Assembly: GCA_964016885.1 (NCBI GenBank) | Contig: OZ024743.1 | Location: 45,570,001 to 45,634,000, forward strand | Origin: Eledone cirrhosa | Lineage: Eukaryota | Reading direction: 5' to 3' | Length of the DNA: 64,000 nucleotides | Part shown: positions 25,294 through 37,502 of the stretch, piece after piece | Layout of the letters: each line of letters starts with the position of its first letter | Position numbering within the stretch: position 1 is the stretch's first letter | Made by a program: the position numbers and the translations under genes | The notes under the pieces: generated by a model | Databases searched by the model: none | What the model saw: the letters and a program-made list of their open reading frames with translations, nothing else | What the model was told of the DNA's origin: nothing

Positions 25294-26399
25294 AATTTTA
25301 TAATCACCATTATTATTGCCATTTTTTTTTTCTAGTGTCTCCCCTCTGTAGCTTTGTTGTTGTTGTTGTTACTCTCTAATGATGTTTTTTATTTTTGTCT
25401 TTGTCTAGGCTACGTACATATAAAAGTGATTGGCAGATTGTAGCTAACGTTGTCTACTTTCTGTCTTGCTGCTTATTTTGTATTATTTTGTCTTTGTCTC
25501 AATTTTCTCTCCTTCACAGTAACTATTCTTCTCCAGACAACGTTGATGTACATGGCGTTTGTTGATTTCTTTTGCTTGTTCTGATCGCCGGCCGTCGGTT
25601 CAATGACATTCAACATCAGACTATAAATAGATTGATGTAGTCTTTTGTTATTTTAACAGAAAACGGGGATGGTGATATAATTTATAGTAAAGTTTAGGGT
25701 GGGTGGAAGCTTTCTGATTTTTTTTTTTTTTTAGGGTGGGGATCAAATTTGGTCAATTTAGTTGTAGTGATTAGTTTAGCTGTTATGAAATAGCAGCCAA
25801 GATATAAAGAAAACTTTGATATAGCAGTGTATTTTTGGTAGTTTGGGGAGAAAAATATAATTATTGAGGGAGGTCCCCCCCCCCCCCCATAATTACGATG
25901 TCGTTAAAATAAAGTACCAGTAATATACTGGCGTCCATTTGATCGATTTTTTCCCTTTCCCCAAATTGTTGGCCTCGCACCTAAATCAGAAACCAATGTT
26001 TTCATTTTTAGTTTACCTTATGTGCCAGCCTATTAGACGCACATTTTCTTTTCAAAAAGTCATATAAAAAATTTTCCTTGCATCCAATACACCCCCTATC
26101 CCCGATGGGGGACCGAACGGAGGAGGGTTACATACAAACCTTCTTACGATAGTCAGTTTGTATTTTTTCACGTTTTAAAATCAAATCTCTGTTACCTCGC
26201 AGCGCACCAACCGATACATGCACCAAAGAGTTCTGTTTAGGAGCTAATTGCTAGCATGTATTGTATAAGCCAATGCAGTAGAGCCTCTACATGGTAGCTA
26301 GACATAATAGAAATAGCAGCCAATATTCAAAATTCTATCAACTAACGACTCTGAAGATTAAAAATAAAAAACGTTATTATAATCTAGGAGACAGGATGT

Positions 26400-27062
26400 A
26401 ATAATGGTTTCTTATATAGGCACAAGGCCGGCAATTTTGGGGGAGGGGAAAGTCGATTAAATCGACCCCAGTGTGTGAAAGCGCATGGCATAGTGGTTAG
26501 AGCATTGGGCTTGCAATCGAAAGGTTGTGAGTTCAATTCTCGGACCGGGTGATGTGTTGTTTCCTCGAGCAAGACACTTTACTCCAGTTTACTCAGCTGT
26601 AGAAATCAGATGATAGGACTGGGGTTCCTATCATTAAATCACCTAAGACACCCCCAACGAGATATACCTTGGAGGAGGCCAGCTAAACCTGCATAGGTGT
26701 GAGCTATAAGGTAGGTAAGGTAGTGCGTGGCTGGTACTTTATTTTATCGACCCCGTAAGGATGAAAAGCAAAGTTAACCTCGGCGGGTTTTGAATTCAGA
26801 TCATAAAGAGCCGTAACTCTATGCTGCAAAGCATGGCGTCTGACCCTCTACCGATACTGCCAATCCACTGTGGGATGTAATAATTGTTTCTACTTTTGGC
26901 ACAAGGCCAGCAATTATTCCAGTATATTACTGGTACTTTATTTTATCGACCCCGTAAGGATGAAAGGCAAAGTTAACCTCGGTGGGATTTGAACTCAGAT
27001 CGTAAAGGGACATAACTATGCTGGAAAGCATGTCCGACCCTCTACCGATACTGCCAATTCAC
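26400..27062. mobile_element. SINE cluster: family A tail (-, 26400-26470), family B-like (+, from ~26475), family A copies (-, 26731-26870 and 26878-27062)
   Basis: A/B boxes TGGCATAGTGGTTAG / GAGTTCAATTC and GAGCAAGACACTT; family A core TTTATCGACCCCGTAAGGATG. Confidence 0.8.
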
Positions 27063-27244
27063 GATGTAATAATAATTCCTATTGTGTTTAGACAGTTGTC
27101 AAAGACTCCAGCGCACTTGGTCATGAGCCAAGATGCTCAGTTAAAGAGCTTCTCCCTGCAAAGGGAATGGAATTTATTAAAGACTAGCTTCAAAGTGCCA
27201 TATTTTCCCACACTATCTCTCCATTGCCATAGGGGGTCATGGTA

Positions 27245-27695
27245 GTTTCATATTCCCATACTGTATCACCGAAGCTCCCCAGTTCCATAGTGTGCCATCC
27301 TAATTCCTCAGTTACATACTGTGCCATCCTAGCTCTCCAGTCCTACAGTGTGCCACCCTAGCACCGCAGTGCCATAATGTGCCACCCTAGCTCCCCAGTT
27401 CCATACTGTGCCACCTTAGCTCCGCAGTTCCATAGTGTGCCACCCTAACTTCCTCAGTTCCATAGTGTGCCATCCTAGCTCCCCAGTTCTATCGTGTGCC
27501 ACTTTAGTTCCCCAGTTCCATAATGTTCCACCCTAACTCCGCAGTGCCATACTACGGCACCCAGGCTCCGAAGTGCCGTATTTTACCACCCTATCTCCTC
27601 ACCGCCATAGAACGATATCCTAGTTCCATATTTCCATACTGTGTGACTCAAACTCCCCAGTTCCATAGTGTGCCACCCAAGCTCTGTAGTGCCGT
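27245..27695. repeat. 29-bp minisatellite
   Basis: Unit approx. TAGCTCCCCAGTTCCATAGTGTGCCACCC; a few further units at 28078-28185. Confidence 0.9.
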
Positions 27696-29095
27696 ATTTT
27701 TAATCCGTCACTGACCCTTATTATTTTTAATCCGGCACTCACACTTGTTATTTTCAATCAGGCACTGACACTCATTGTTTTTAATCCGGCACTTATCCTT
27801 ATTCATTTTTATCCGGCACTGATGATTACTGTTTTTAATCCGACACTGATCTTTAATGTTTTTAATCCGGCACTTAAATTTACAATTTTTCATCTGGCAC
27901 TTATCCTCATTAATTATAATCCGGCATTGAACATTATTATTTTTAATCCGGCACTGACACTTATTATTTTAATCCGGCACTGATCATTAGTGTTTTTAAT
28001 CTGGCTCTCACACTTATTATTTTTAATCCGGCATTTATCCATAGTGTTTTTAATACGCCACCGACCCTTATTATTTTTAGTGTGCCACCCAAGCCCCACA
28101 ATGCCGTATTACAGCACCCTGGCTTCCAAGTGCCATATTTTGTCACTGTATCTCACTATTGGGGTCACCCTAGCTCCATATTTCTATACTTATCCGGCAC
28201 TTATCCTTATTAATTATAATCCGTCACAGACCCTTATTATTTTTAATCCGTCACTTATCCTTATTAATGTTAAATCGGCACTAACCCATATTATATTTAA
28301 TACGGCACTGATCATTAGTATTTTTAATCTGACTTTCAAACTTATTATTTTTAATCTGGCACTAACACTAGTTTTAATCTGGCACTTATTCTTATTAATT
28401 TTAATCCGGCACCTAGCCCTATCATATTAAATCCGGCACTGATCATTTGTGTTTTTAATCAGGCTCACAAACTTTTTAAAGCTAAATTAAAATCGGATTA
28501 AAATTAATAAGGATAAATGCCGGAATAAAAATAATAAAGGTAGATACCAGATTTAAAATAAGTGTGAGTGCCGAATTAAAAAATAATAAAGGTAAATGCC
28601 GGATTAAAAGTAAATGCCGGGTTAAAATTAATAAGGATAAATGCCGGATTTTAAAAAATAAAGATAAGTGCCGGATTAAAATTAATAAAGATAAATGCCG
28701 GATTAAGAATAATACGGATAAGTGCCGGGTTAAAAATAATAAGTGTAAATGCCGGATTTAAAGAAAATGTAAATGCTGGATTAAAAATGATAAAGGTAAA
28801 TATCAGAATTAAAATAAGTGTAAATGCCGGATTAAAAATAAGTGTCAGCGCCAGATTAAAATTAATAATAAATGCCGGATTAAAAATAATATATGTAAAT
28901 GCCGGATTTAAAATAAATATCAGTGCCAGATTATAAATAACGGTAAATTAAAAATAAGTATAAAATAAGTTTCAGTACCGGATTAAAATTAATAACGATA
29001 AATACTGGATTAAAAATGATAAATGTAAATGCCGGATTAACAATCATAAGTGTAAATGCCGGATTTAAAAAAAGTGGCAATGCCGGATTAAAAGT
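27696..29095. repeat. 27-bp satellite array whose orientation flips at about 28480
   Basis: ATCCGGCAC-like core at 27730, 27757, 27784, 27811, 27838 (27-bp period); reads TGCCGGATTAAAA from about 28490. Confidence 0.92.
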
Positions 29096-29969
29096 GTTAA
29101 ATGTTTTGAACTAATCTGACCGTAAAACCGTTACAAATCTTCGTTATGTCATTCTCACCAATCCCTGAATTTCATAACACCCATCTCGCAGAAGTATATA
29201 ATAAGGATTTCTAATTTAGGCACAAGACCAGCAATTTTGAAAGATTATATCGGCCCCATTACTTCGCTGGTACACAGGGCCAGACTTCCATCTGTTGAAG
29301 CCCTTAGCTATATGAAATTTGAGGCCCTATTTTTTTATGATTTAGTGTTAATGAATAAAAATTAATGATAGAAAATATTCATCTCTAATATAGCCGCTGA
29401 CGGTTTGTGGCCTTAAGCTATTGCTTATGTAGCTTATAGGTAAGTTCAATACTGCCTGTATGTTTTTTTATCGAACACAGAAAGATAAAAGGCAAAATTG
29501 ACCTCGGTAGGATTTGAACCCAGAACGTAAAGTGCCATAAGAAATGCTGCACTGTACGTTGTTCGACGCTCTACTGATTCTGCCATTCTACTGATCCTTT
29601 TAAGGGTAGTTGATAGCATTGCAATCGAACCTTTTGCCATGAGGCTGTGATCTAAAATCTAATATATATATATATATATAAGAGAGAGAGAGAGAGAGAG
29701 AGAGAGGTGTGGTAGTAGTCGTAGAAGTGCCGGTTATGTGAATCTTACTGAGATAAACAAATGGGATTAATTACATCTTTATATCTTGATAAATCTGATT
29801 ATATTTGACTCGTAATAGCATATATGGCTTCTGTGTGCATTAAATCATGCACTAAGCAGCTGAAGTATACTATAAATTCATGTGTACAAACAGCACAGGA
29901 TTTAACCGAAGCTGTGAGAAATGTGTATGGAAATGTACCCCTCTCCCCACACACACATACATATTTCTA

Positions 29970-30445
<476 letters not shown>

Positions 30446-30446
30446 T

Positions 30447-30824
30447 ATAAGAGGAATTCCAACTTTGTCTGATTTACTCGTTTTATTTACAATCCTTTAA
30501 AATATATATAATATGGTATTATAATGAAATAGTATGATAGAATATTAAATTCTAAGTGTTAATTGAACAAGTACTCTCATGCTTTCGCAATCTTCAGGTT
30601 CATGATATGTGGTGACAGTCGAGTTTGCAATTTTCAACTGTTGCAAACTCGACGGTCACCACATATCATGAACCTGAAGATTGCGAAAGCATGAAAGTAC
30701 TTGTTCAATTAACACTTAGAATTTAATATTCTATCATACTATTTCATTATAATACCATATTATATATATTTTAAAGGATTGTAAATAAAACGAGTAAATC
30801 AGACAAAGTTGGAATTCCTCTTAT
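30447..30824. repeat. Near-perfect palindrome (184-bp arms, 10-nt spacer)
   Basis: 30447-30630 is the reverse complement of 30641-30824; I see two mismatches. Confidence 0.95.
30669..30707 (+). ncRNA. Minimal type-I hammerhead ribozyme
   Basis: tgaac-CTGAAGA-t tgc(gaaa)gca t-GAAA-gtac-TT-gttca; stem III is the palindrome AGTACT. Confidence 0.75.
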
Positions 30825-30869
30825 TAATATAATCTTCTATACACAATCATACACACCCGTGTATATTTA

Positions 30870-30924
<55 letters not shown>

Positions 30925-31279
30925 CGAAAAAAATGTGGTAAGGAACCAGATGGACCATAACGCACCAAAGTACTCAATACTTAGGGTAGTAGAGTGGGTA
31001 ATAGGAACAAGTATGACCCCGACGGTAGAGATCAACCCGTTTTGACGGCTAATTCTGGACTAAATAAGAATTTTTAGTCTGCTAAATAAATAGCCGAACT
31101 TCTCAGGGGGTAATTCCTTATATGGGAAGATAGTAATTGTCAAAAGGATTGGTCAAAAATTTGTTGTAAAGACAGATGATTCTATCATGGCATTTGGTGG
31201 GAGGTAGGGGTAGCTGAACTTGCCGGTAGAACAAAGAGGGAGTGAGGGAAACCCAGTCAGGCGTTGAAAGTGAAATCTA

Positions 31280-31635
31280 TACAGCAGATTTAAAGATGGC
31301 CAAACATTTACAGTAAAAAACAATTTCACCTGCAACTCGGAGAACTTGATTTACGCAATAACTTGCATTGGGTGCAAACACAACTACATAGGACAGACGG
31401 GCACCTCATTACGCAAAAGAATGACCATCCACCGCCAACAAATCCGGGACGCTAACACAAGAAAAATCCCCTTGAGCAGCCATATTGCGAACTGCGCAGG
31501 AATGACACTACCCAACTTTAAAATCTTCCCCTTCTACAAGTGCTCAGATTCGTTCACACAGCAATAAAGAATAAACAAAGAAAATTTATTCCTTCACAAA
31601 TTTAAACCAAAACTAAACGGTTATCACCCCAATAG
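31280..31635 (+). mobile_element. GIY-YIG endonuclease 3' fragment of a PLE (Neptune-like)
   Basis: FTCNSENLIYAITCIGCKHNYIGQTGTSLRKRMTIHR...ENLFLHKFKPKLN with one stop. Confidence 0.8.
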
Positions 31636-32248
31636 AATTGTCATAAAATATAAACACACATACGCACGGAGTGACAGATATGTGTGTGTATGTGTGCATG
31701 TATATAATTATCACTACTATTAAAGACTAGAGACCAATTCTGTAGAATCAGGTTTATTCGTTGACAGACCATGCCTTTGTGTGACCAACACATCCATGTT
31801 AAACCCTGCATGTGCACACACATATATCTATATATATATATGCGCACAGAGAATTCACCACTGTCGGTTGCGGGGCCCAATCTACATGAAGAACTCAATG
31901 TGATCAGAATGACTTGTATTTTAATTTCACTGTTCTAACTTCTTATATTATGGAAAAAATATATGTGTATGTATGTATATATATATATTTGGAGGCCATT
32001 TCTCTATGTGTGTGGGTGTATGTATGTGTATGTGTGTGTGTGTGTATGTGTGTGCATGTGGATGTATGTGTGTGTATGTATGTGTGTGTGTGTATGTATG
32101 TGTGTATCTGGATGTATGTGTATGTGTATATATATATGTGTGTGTGTGTGTATATATATGTGTGTGTATGTGTATATATGTGTGTGTGTGTGTTTGTATG
32201 TGTGTATGTATATATGTGTGTGTGTGTATGTATATGTATGTGTGTGTG

Positions 32249-32331
<83 letters not shown>

Positions 32332-33149
32332 ATGTATGTGTGTGTGGATGAGGGTATGTGTATATATAGGTGTAAGTGCACTAAATCCCTTTCTATCACT
32401 CTCCCCTCTCCTGCCGACCACGTGGAGATATATGTATGTATATTGCTTCCACCCCCTCACTGACCAGCAGCTGGCCATCTGGCCATTGCTAAATCTGACC
32501 TTAAAAAAAACCACTCCCCACAAATAATTCCTCATTCACTACCAGAAAGGGACACACAGCAGTCAACTTTTTGCTACCAAGATGAAAACTACTATCAAAT
32601 CCCACACTGAATTTTATACTTGAATTTTCAAATCTCAAATTTTAACTCTTCTTATTATTAATTTTTCTTAATATTAATCAACATTTGAAAAGATGGCTTT
32701 TGCAGACCCATCGAAACCGGTCATTTTTTATACCCTTTATTCTTTCCTTACCTTATAAAATTATATGTTTTTTCACAAAAAAGTATTCTGTCTCTTATAT
32801 ATTCCATGTGCCATTACCAACCTCAATTTTCTCTATAACCTTCGTTTTGTGTAGAAACTTACACTTTTCATATTCATTCGGTCTCCTAGTTAGAATTTTA
32901 GTCTACGACTTCTCCTATACCATTTACGTGGTTTTGTCTTTGCGTGCTATTGTTCTCCACGCTCCACATGTGACGTATTATCTTCGTTTTTTTCGTTCAT
33001 TGCCAGAAAACGTCTCTATGAACCACCTAAGAGAACATTAGTCTACGACCTCTTTTATACCATAAACGTGGTTCTGTCTTTGCGCGTAATTGTTTTTCAC
33101 CGCCCCTATTAATGACGTATTATATTCGTTTTACCCCGTACTTTGCTAG

Positions 33150-33410
33150 CGAACGTTTCCACGAACCAAAGTATCGTCTTCCTGTCTTCCTCCGGTTGCA
33201 ACGTTTTTTGAAATATCCACTTCTGCGTTTACAGATTGACTTTGTTAGTTTCAGAAGATCCCGTTAAGGGTGAAAGCAGCGATTCTTTGCTTAAACTTTA
33301 ATCTGTTATTTTAATAAATATTTGCTCTACGGTTTTTATATATTTGATATATATTTATCCTTATTGAGCCCTCTTTGGATTTTAGTCTTCAAATTTATTA
33401 TTATTACTAT
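33150..33410 (+). repeat. PLE pLTR tail shared with 7225-7395 and 3226-3342
   Basis: Near-identical GAACGTTTCCACGAACCAAAG...AAACTTTAATCTGTTATTTTAATAAATA... Confidence 0.85.
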
Positions 33411-33453
33411 ATATATATAAATATATATATATATACGTATATATATATGTATG

Positions 33454-33542
<89 letters not shown>

Positions 33543-34479
33543 TCTACATGCATACATACATGGTGACCGTTGAGATCAGTCGAATACTCGAACGTGTGTA
33601 ATTTTCTGCTTATATGAACATAACATATATTGGAAACGTTGAGCTAGAGAATGCGGTAAGATTGCATACGAATATGTCTGCATATGTGTTCAAACATTAC
33701 ATATATTATAACATATCTATATAAACATTACATACATTTTAATGTATTTATATAAACACAGCATGGTAAATTTTACACACAAAAGTATGCTAAGTAAGGT
33801 TTCAAAAGCAATGCTAGATATGAACGTTTAAATAGAATTGTAGAATTAAAAATAAACTGAAAGGAAAGATTGTCCAAGCAGTGGATAACTTTAAATTGAA
33901 TTCTGGCAAAATTTTGTTGAAACATTTAAAGATCATCGTCTATTCTTTAAAATAGCTACAATTATCAGTGAATAGATAAAATCATCAAAATCATATTAGT
34001 CTCCTTCGACCAAATCGTGTCTACAATCATTGTATACAATGGAGTTATAATCTTTAAAATGCTTATATGAAGCATATATATACAATCAGACACAAAAAGT
34101 TCGGTTTTATGTAAAATTATGTGGAAGTCGTAACAACCAGAATTAGATTTTTCAAACAATATGTAAAGGAACAAGCAGAATCTAACATTAGATGTAACTT
34201 GATATATTCATGACAGGGAGATCCAACCTTTTCTGCGTCATCGCCCACTTTCACATGGAAAAATTCTCCACCGCCTACCTCTATAGTTAATATTTAAAAG
34301 CATAAATTCGAGATGAGCAAATTTCCTGTATAGGCACTTTTTCGGACAATCAAAGTATAACCGTCATAAAAAGTCAGTTTACGAACCAGTAACAACAAAC
34401 CGTTACCAATATTTTTAACTCTTACACAACAATATAAATGAACGATTTTTGTATTACGAGATTCGTTATTAAAAGTAAT

Positions 34480-34702
34480 GTAAGAAGTAGAGCCGAACAA
34501 AGTTGAAGTACATCCGAGAACGGCTGGGGACAAGGCAAGTGAGGTAGAGCCTAGCAAAACTGAACGATATCCGAGAACTAACGGCCTGGGACAAGGCAAG
34601 TGAGGTAGAGCCTAGCGAAACTGAACAATATCCGAGAACGAACGGCCTGGGACAAGGCAAGCGAGTTAGAGCCTAGCAAAACTGAACAATATCCGAGAAC
34701 AA
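34480..34702. repeat. ~61-bp tandem repeat, about 3.5 units
   Basis: CCGAGAAC at 34514, 34571, 34632, 34693. Confidence 0.85.
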
Positions 34703-34929
34703 ACAATGAGGTGAGTGCAAGTCCCGCAAGACCACATCTTTTGACGTTGGTGTTGTGTTTGTGGTAGGACTTTTAATCATCTCGTCTACTTTAGCTACTA
34801 ACTCCCCCTCCTTTCTATTTTTTCTATCGCTACTTACTTACTAAATGCTATTGATTCTACTCTTATCTCTTACTTACGAACAGCCCACCACCTGTTGTTG
34901 ACGACTACCCCATCACCTTTCGCTTAACT

Positions 34930-35340
34930 AACGTGCTAACTCGGTCTCTGAAGTCTTTGCGCACCGGGAACGACGCGTTAAGCTTCCAGTAACCAGATAC
35001 CTGTCTAGGGTTTCATCTAAGTAGATCATGCAGATCCCGAATTTGTGGTCTGAATAGGCGACTGTTTGACGTTGTGGAAACCCTATGCTATTCCTATCTG
35101 CTAACGTACTGAAAAGCCTATCTTTGTACGATCTAGATGACTCTTGGTGGTTGGTACAGGTCCACACTGGCACATTAGTGAAATCTAGTCAGTACCTGTT
35201 AGACATTTGGAACTAGATGATCAGGTACTTGAAGCTTTTTCAGACCCCGCTCCTATCAGCTACTCCCACACAATCCTAGCGGGATTCTAAGATGTCGTTC
35301 AGCAGACAACCCTGCTTCCAGGACGACCCCAGGCCACGAA
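34930..35340 (-). mobile_element. Decayed Tx1/L1-like APE endonuclease fragment
   Basis: PVWTCTNHQESSRSYKDR...SDHKFGIC aligns by eye to ORF2 PMWTWTNRIGSSRSYLD...TDHKFVIC at 44.2-44.5 kb. Confidence 0.75.
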
Positions 35341-35399
35341 CATTTAAACATCCTACTCTTAAGATGGCCGTGTTGGCAGGCTAAAAGAGAGAGGAACTT

Positions 35400-35592
35400 T
35401 AGGCTCAAGGCCACCAAGGGAGGGGAAAGTCGATTAAATTGACCCAAGTACTTACTGGTACTTTATTTTATAGATCCCGTAAGGATGAAAGGCAGAGTTA
35501 ACCTCGGCGGGATTTGAACTCAGATCATAAAGGGGCATAACTCTATGCTACAAAGCATGATCCGATGCTCTACCGATACTGCCAGTTCACCG
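35400..35592 (-). mobile_element. SINE family A
   Basis: Family core and head on the minus strand. Confidence 0.8.
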
Positions 35593-36456
35593 TATAATAA
35601 TAATGATGATTTCTGATTTATTGATAAATGCTGTCATTGGTTAATGGATAAAGAAAATATCGATCGTGACAGAGGAAATATTTTTCTTCTGATTTACTAC
35701 AAGCAGACATAATATACATTTAACATATACAGTTCCATTAGACATGTGCTTGTCCATAAACTACAGTAAAACTGTTTCTTCTTGTGACGCTAAACTCCGC
35801 CAGTTGCAGACTGCGCATCAATATGTGATATCTCTCCCCACAAAGTTCGATCACCAGTTTACTTTATACTTATCATTTATCCCTTGGTGTCAAAATTTTC
35901 GTCACACTGCCTGCGACCTGCTCACTCATACGAGGAAATGTTATCAGTGGCCTTAGTTTCAACACACGCTCCCAGATCAAGTCATTTGCAGACAAGTACA
36001 AGTTTGAAATAAACCAGAGATTTGTGTAGAAGACGTAGCAGTGAGGTACGTGGCTTAGATACTAGAGGATTGGAGTTATTACGATCATAGAATGAAGGGT
36101 TTGATTTCTAGACTGGGCTGTTCATTGTTCTCTTGAGCAAGACACTTCATTCTACGTTGTTTTTCATAATAGGATGGGGGCCCTTATCTTTGAAACATCC
36201 GAGAAACTTTCTTTGAGGCACAGCCTCATAAGGGGTCAGCGAAACGTCCGTAATTATGAGCTGTAAATTTCACTCAGCAGAGCATAAGAATGGCAGTTAA
36301 TTCTAAATGGGGAATGTTATCTAGGTATAAATGTGTGTAGGAGGAGTTCACGTTGCAGCCACGTGATTTCAGTGTGTCAGATCAATTGAAGACAGTTGCT
36401 TCTGACAGGACCCGTTAGATGGCGCACTTATGGACTCTGCCCACGTGAATCTCCCA

Positions 36457-36508
<52 letters not shown>

Positions 36509-37502
36509 GGAAGGGAAGAAGACGCACGAGGTGGCGGAAGGTCATGAAATCGCTCCCGTAAGTTTTGAATTTTTAACATATTTAAATCATTTGTGAAATA
36601 ACAACTCTCAGTACAAATGCTACGTAAAGCATCCGGCTTGAGCCCCAAAAAATTCGGACCCAAAATATATTGTTATAAGGCTCAAATATTCAAATATTCA
36701 ACTTTGTATTGTACATTGTATATTCAAAAAAGAAAATGGCTATAAATGGAAGAAGAAACCCCCCCCCTCCTCTGTCTACGCTATATAGAACAGCCAAACA
36801 ACACCAGAAACTAGATACAACACCTACCCCATCACCTCTCTGTGTACACTAAACACAACAGCCAGATAACGGCAATTTCACCACCACCACTCACTACTGC
36901 CATCATTACCCCCACTATCCCATCACCGCCGCCACCACTCCTTCATTGCTACCACACCATCACTCCTTCATTGCTACAACACCATCACTACAGTAATACG
37001 ATCACATCACCGCCACCACTGCCTCGGTATCGACATCACCACCACCACTGTCTCAGTATTGATACCGCCTCTACTGTCTCCTACATCTCCCCGCCGCCAC
37101 CACTCCTTCAATGCTACCACCACTATTCCCCTGTTAACTTGAGAGAGAAAGGGGAAGGTGGCCGTATCACTAGAAAAGGGAGAGGCTAGCAAAAGATATA
37201 AATAGATTGACTTAGTGACCTAGCCACGGCCGAACGTCAACATCAACAACTATGCGACTGCTGGCTCACCCCTTCCTCACCAACAATATAAAAAGCCCCG
37301 GCACCACCACCGACATAGCCAACAACAATAACAGCCAACTACAACAAAAAGTATATTATATTATTGTAATGCACTGGGTGATTGCTGGCCTTGTGCCTGG
37401 AGTGGAGACAATTATTAATAATTTCATTCTTAAGCCACGCAATGCTCACATTAAGGAACCACTCATGATAATAACAATTTAAAAAAAACAACAAAAAGAA
37501 AA

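Noticed and set aside
27696-29095. CRISPR-like array or CRIKNNK repeat protein
   Set aside because: Eukaryotic context, no cas genes, spacers are short and mutually similar; it is a satellite
29275-29450. hAT-like MITE ends (CAGGGCC...; also CAGGGAGATCCAACCTTTT near 34214)
   Set aside because: Could not identify a matching second TIR or TSD
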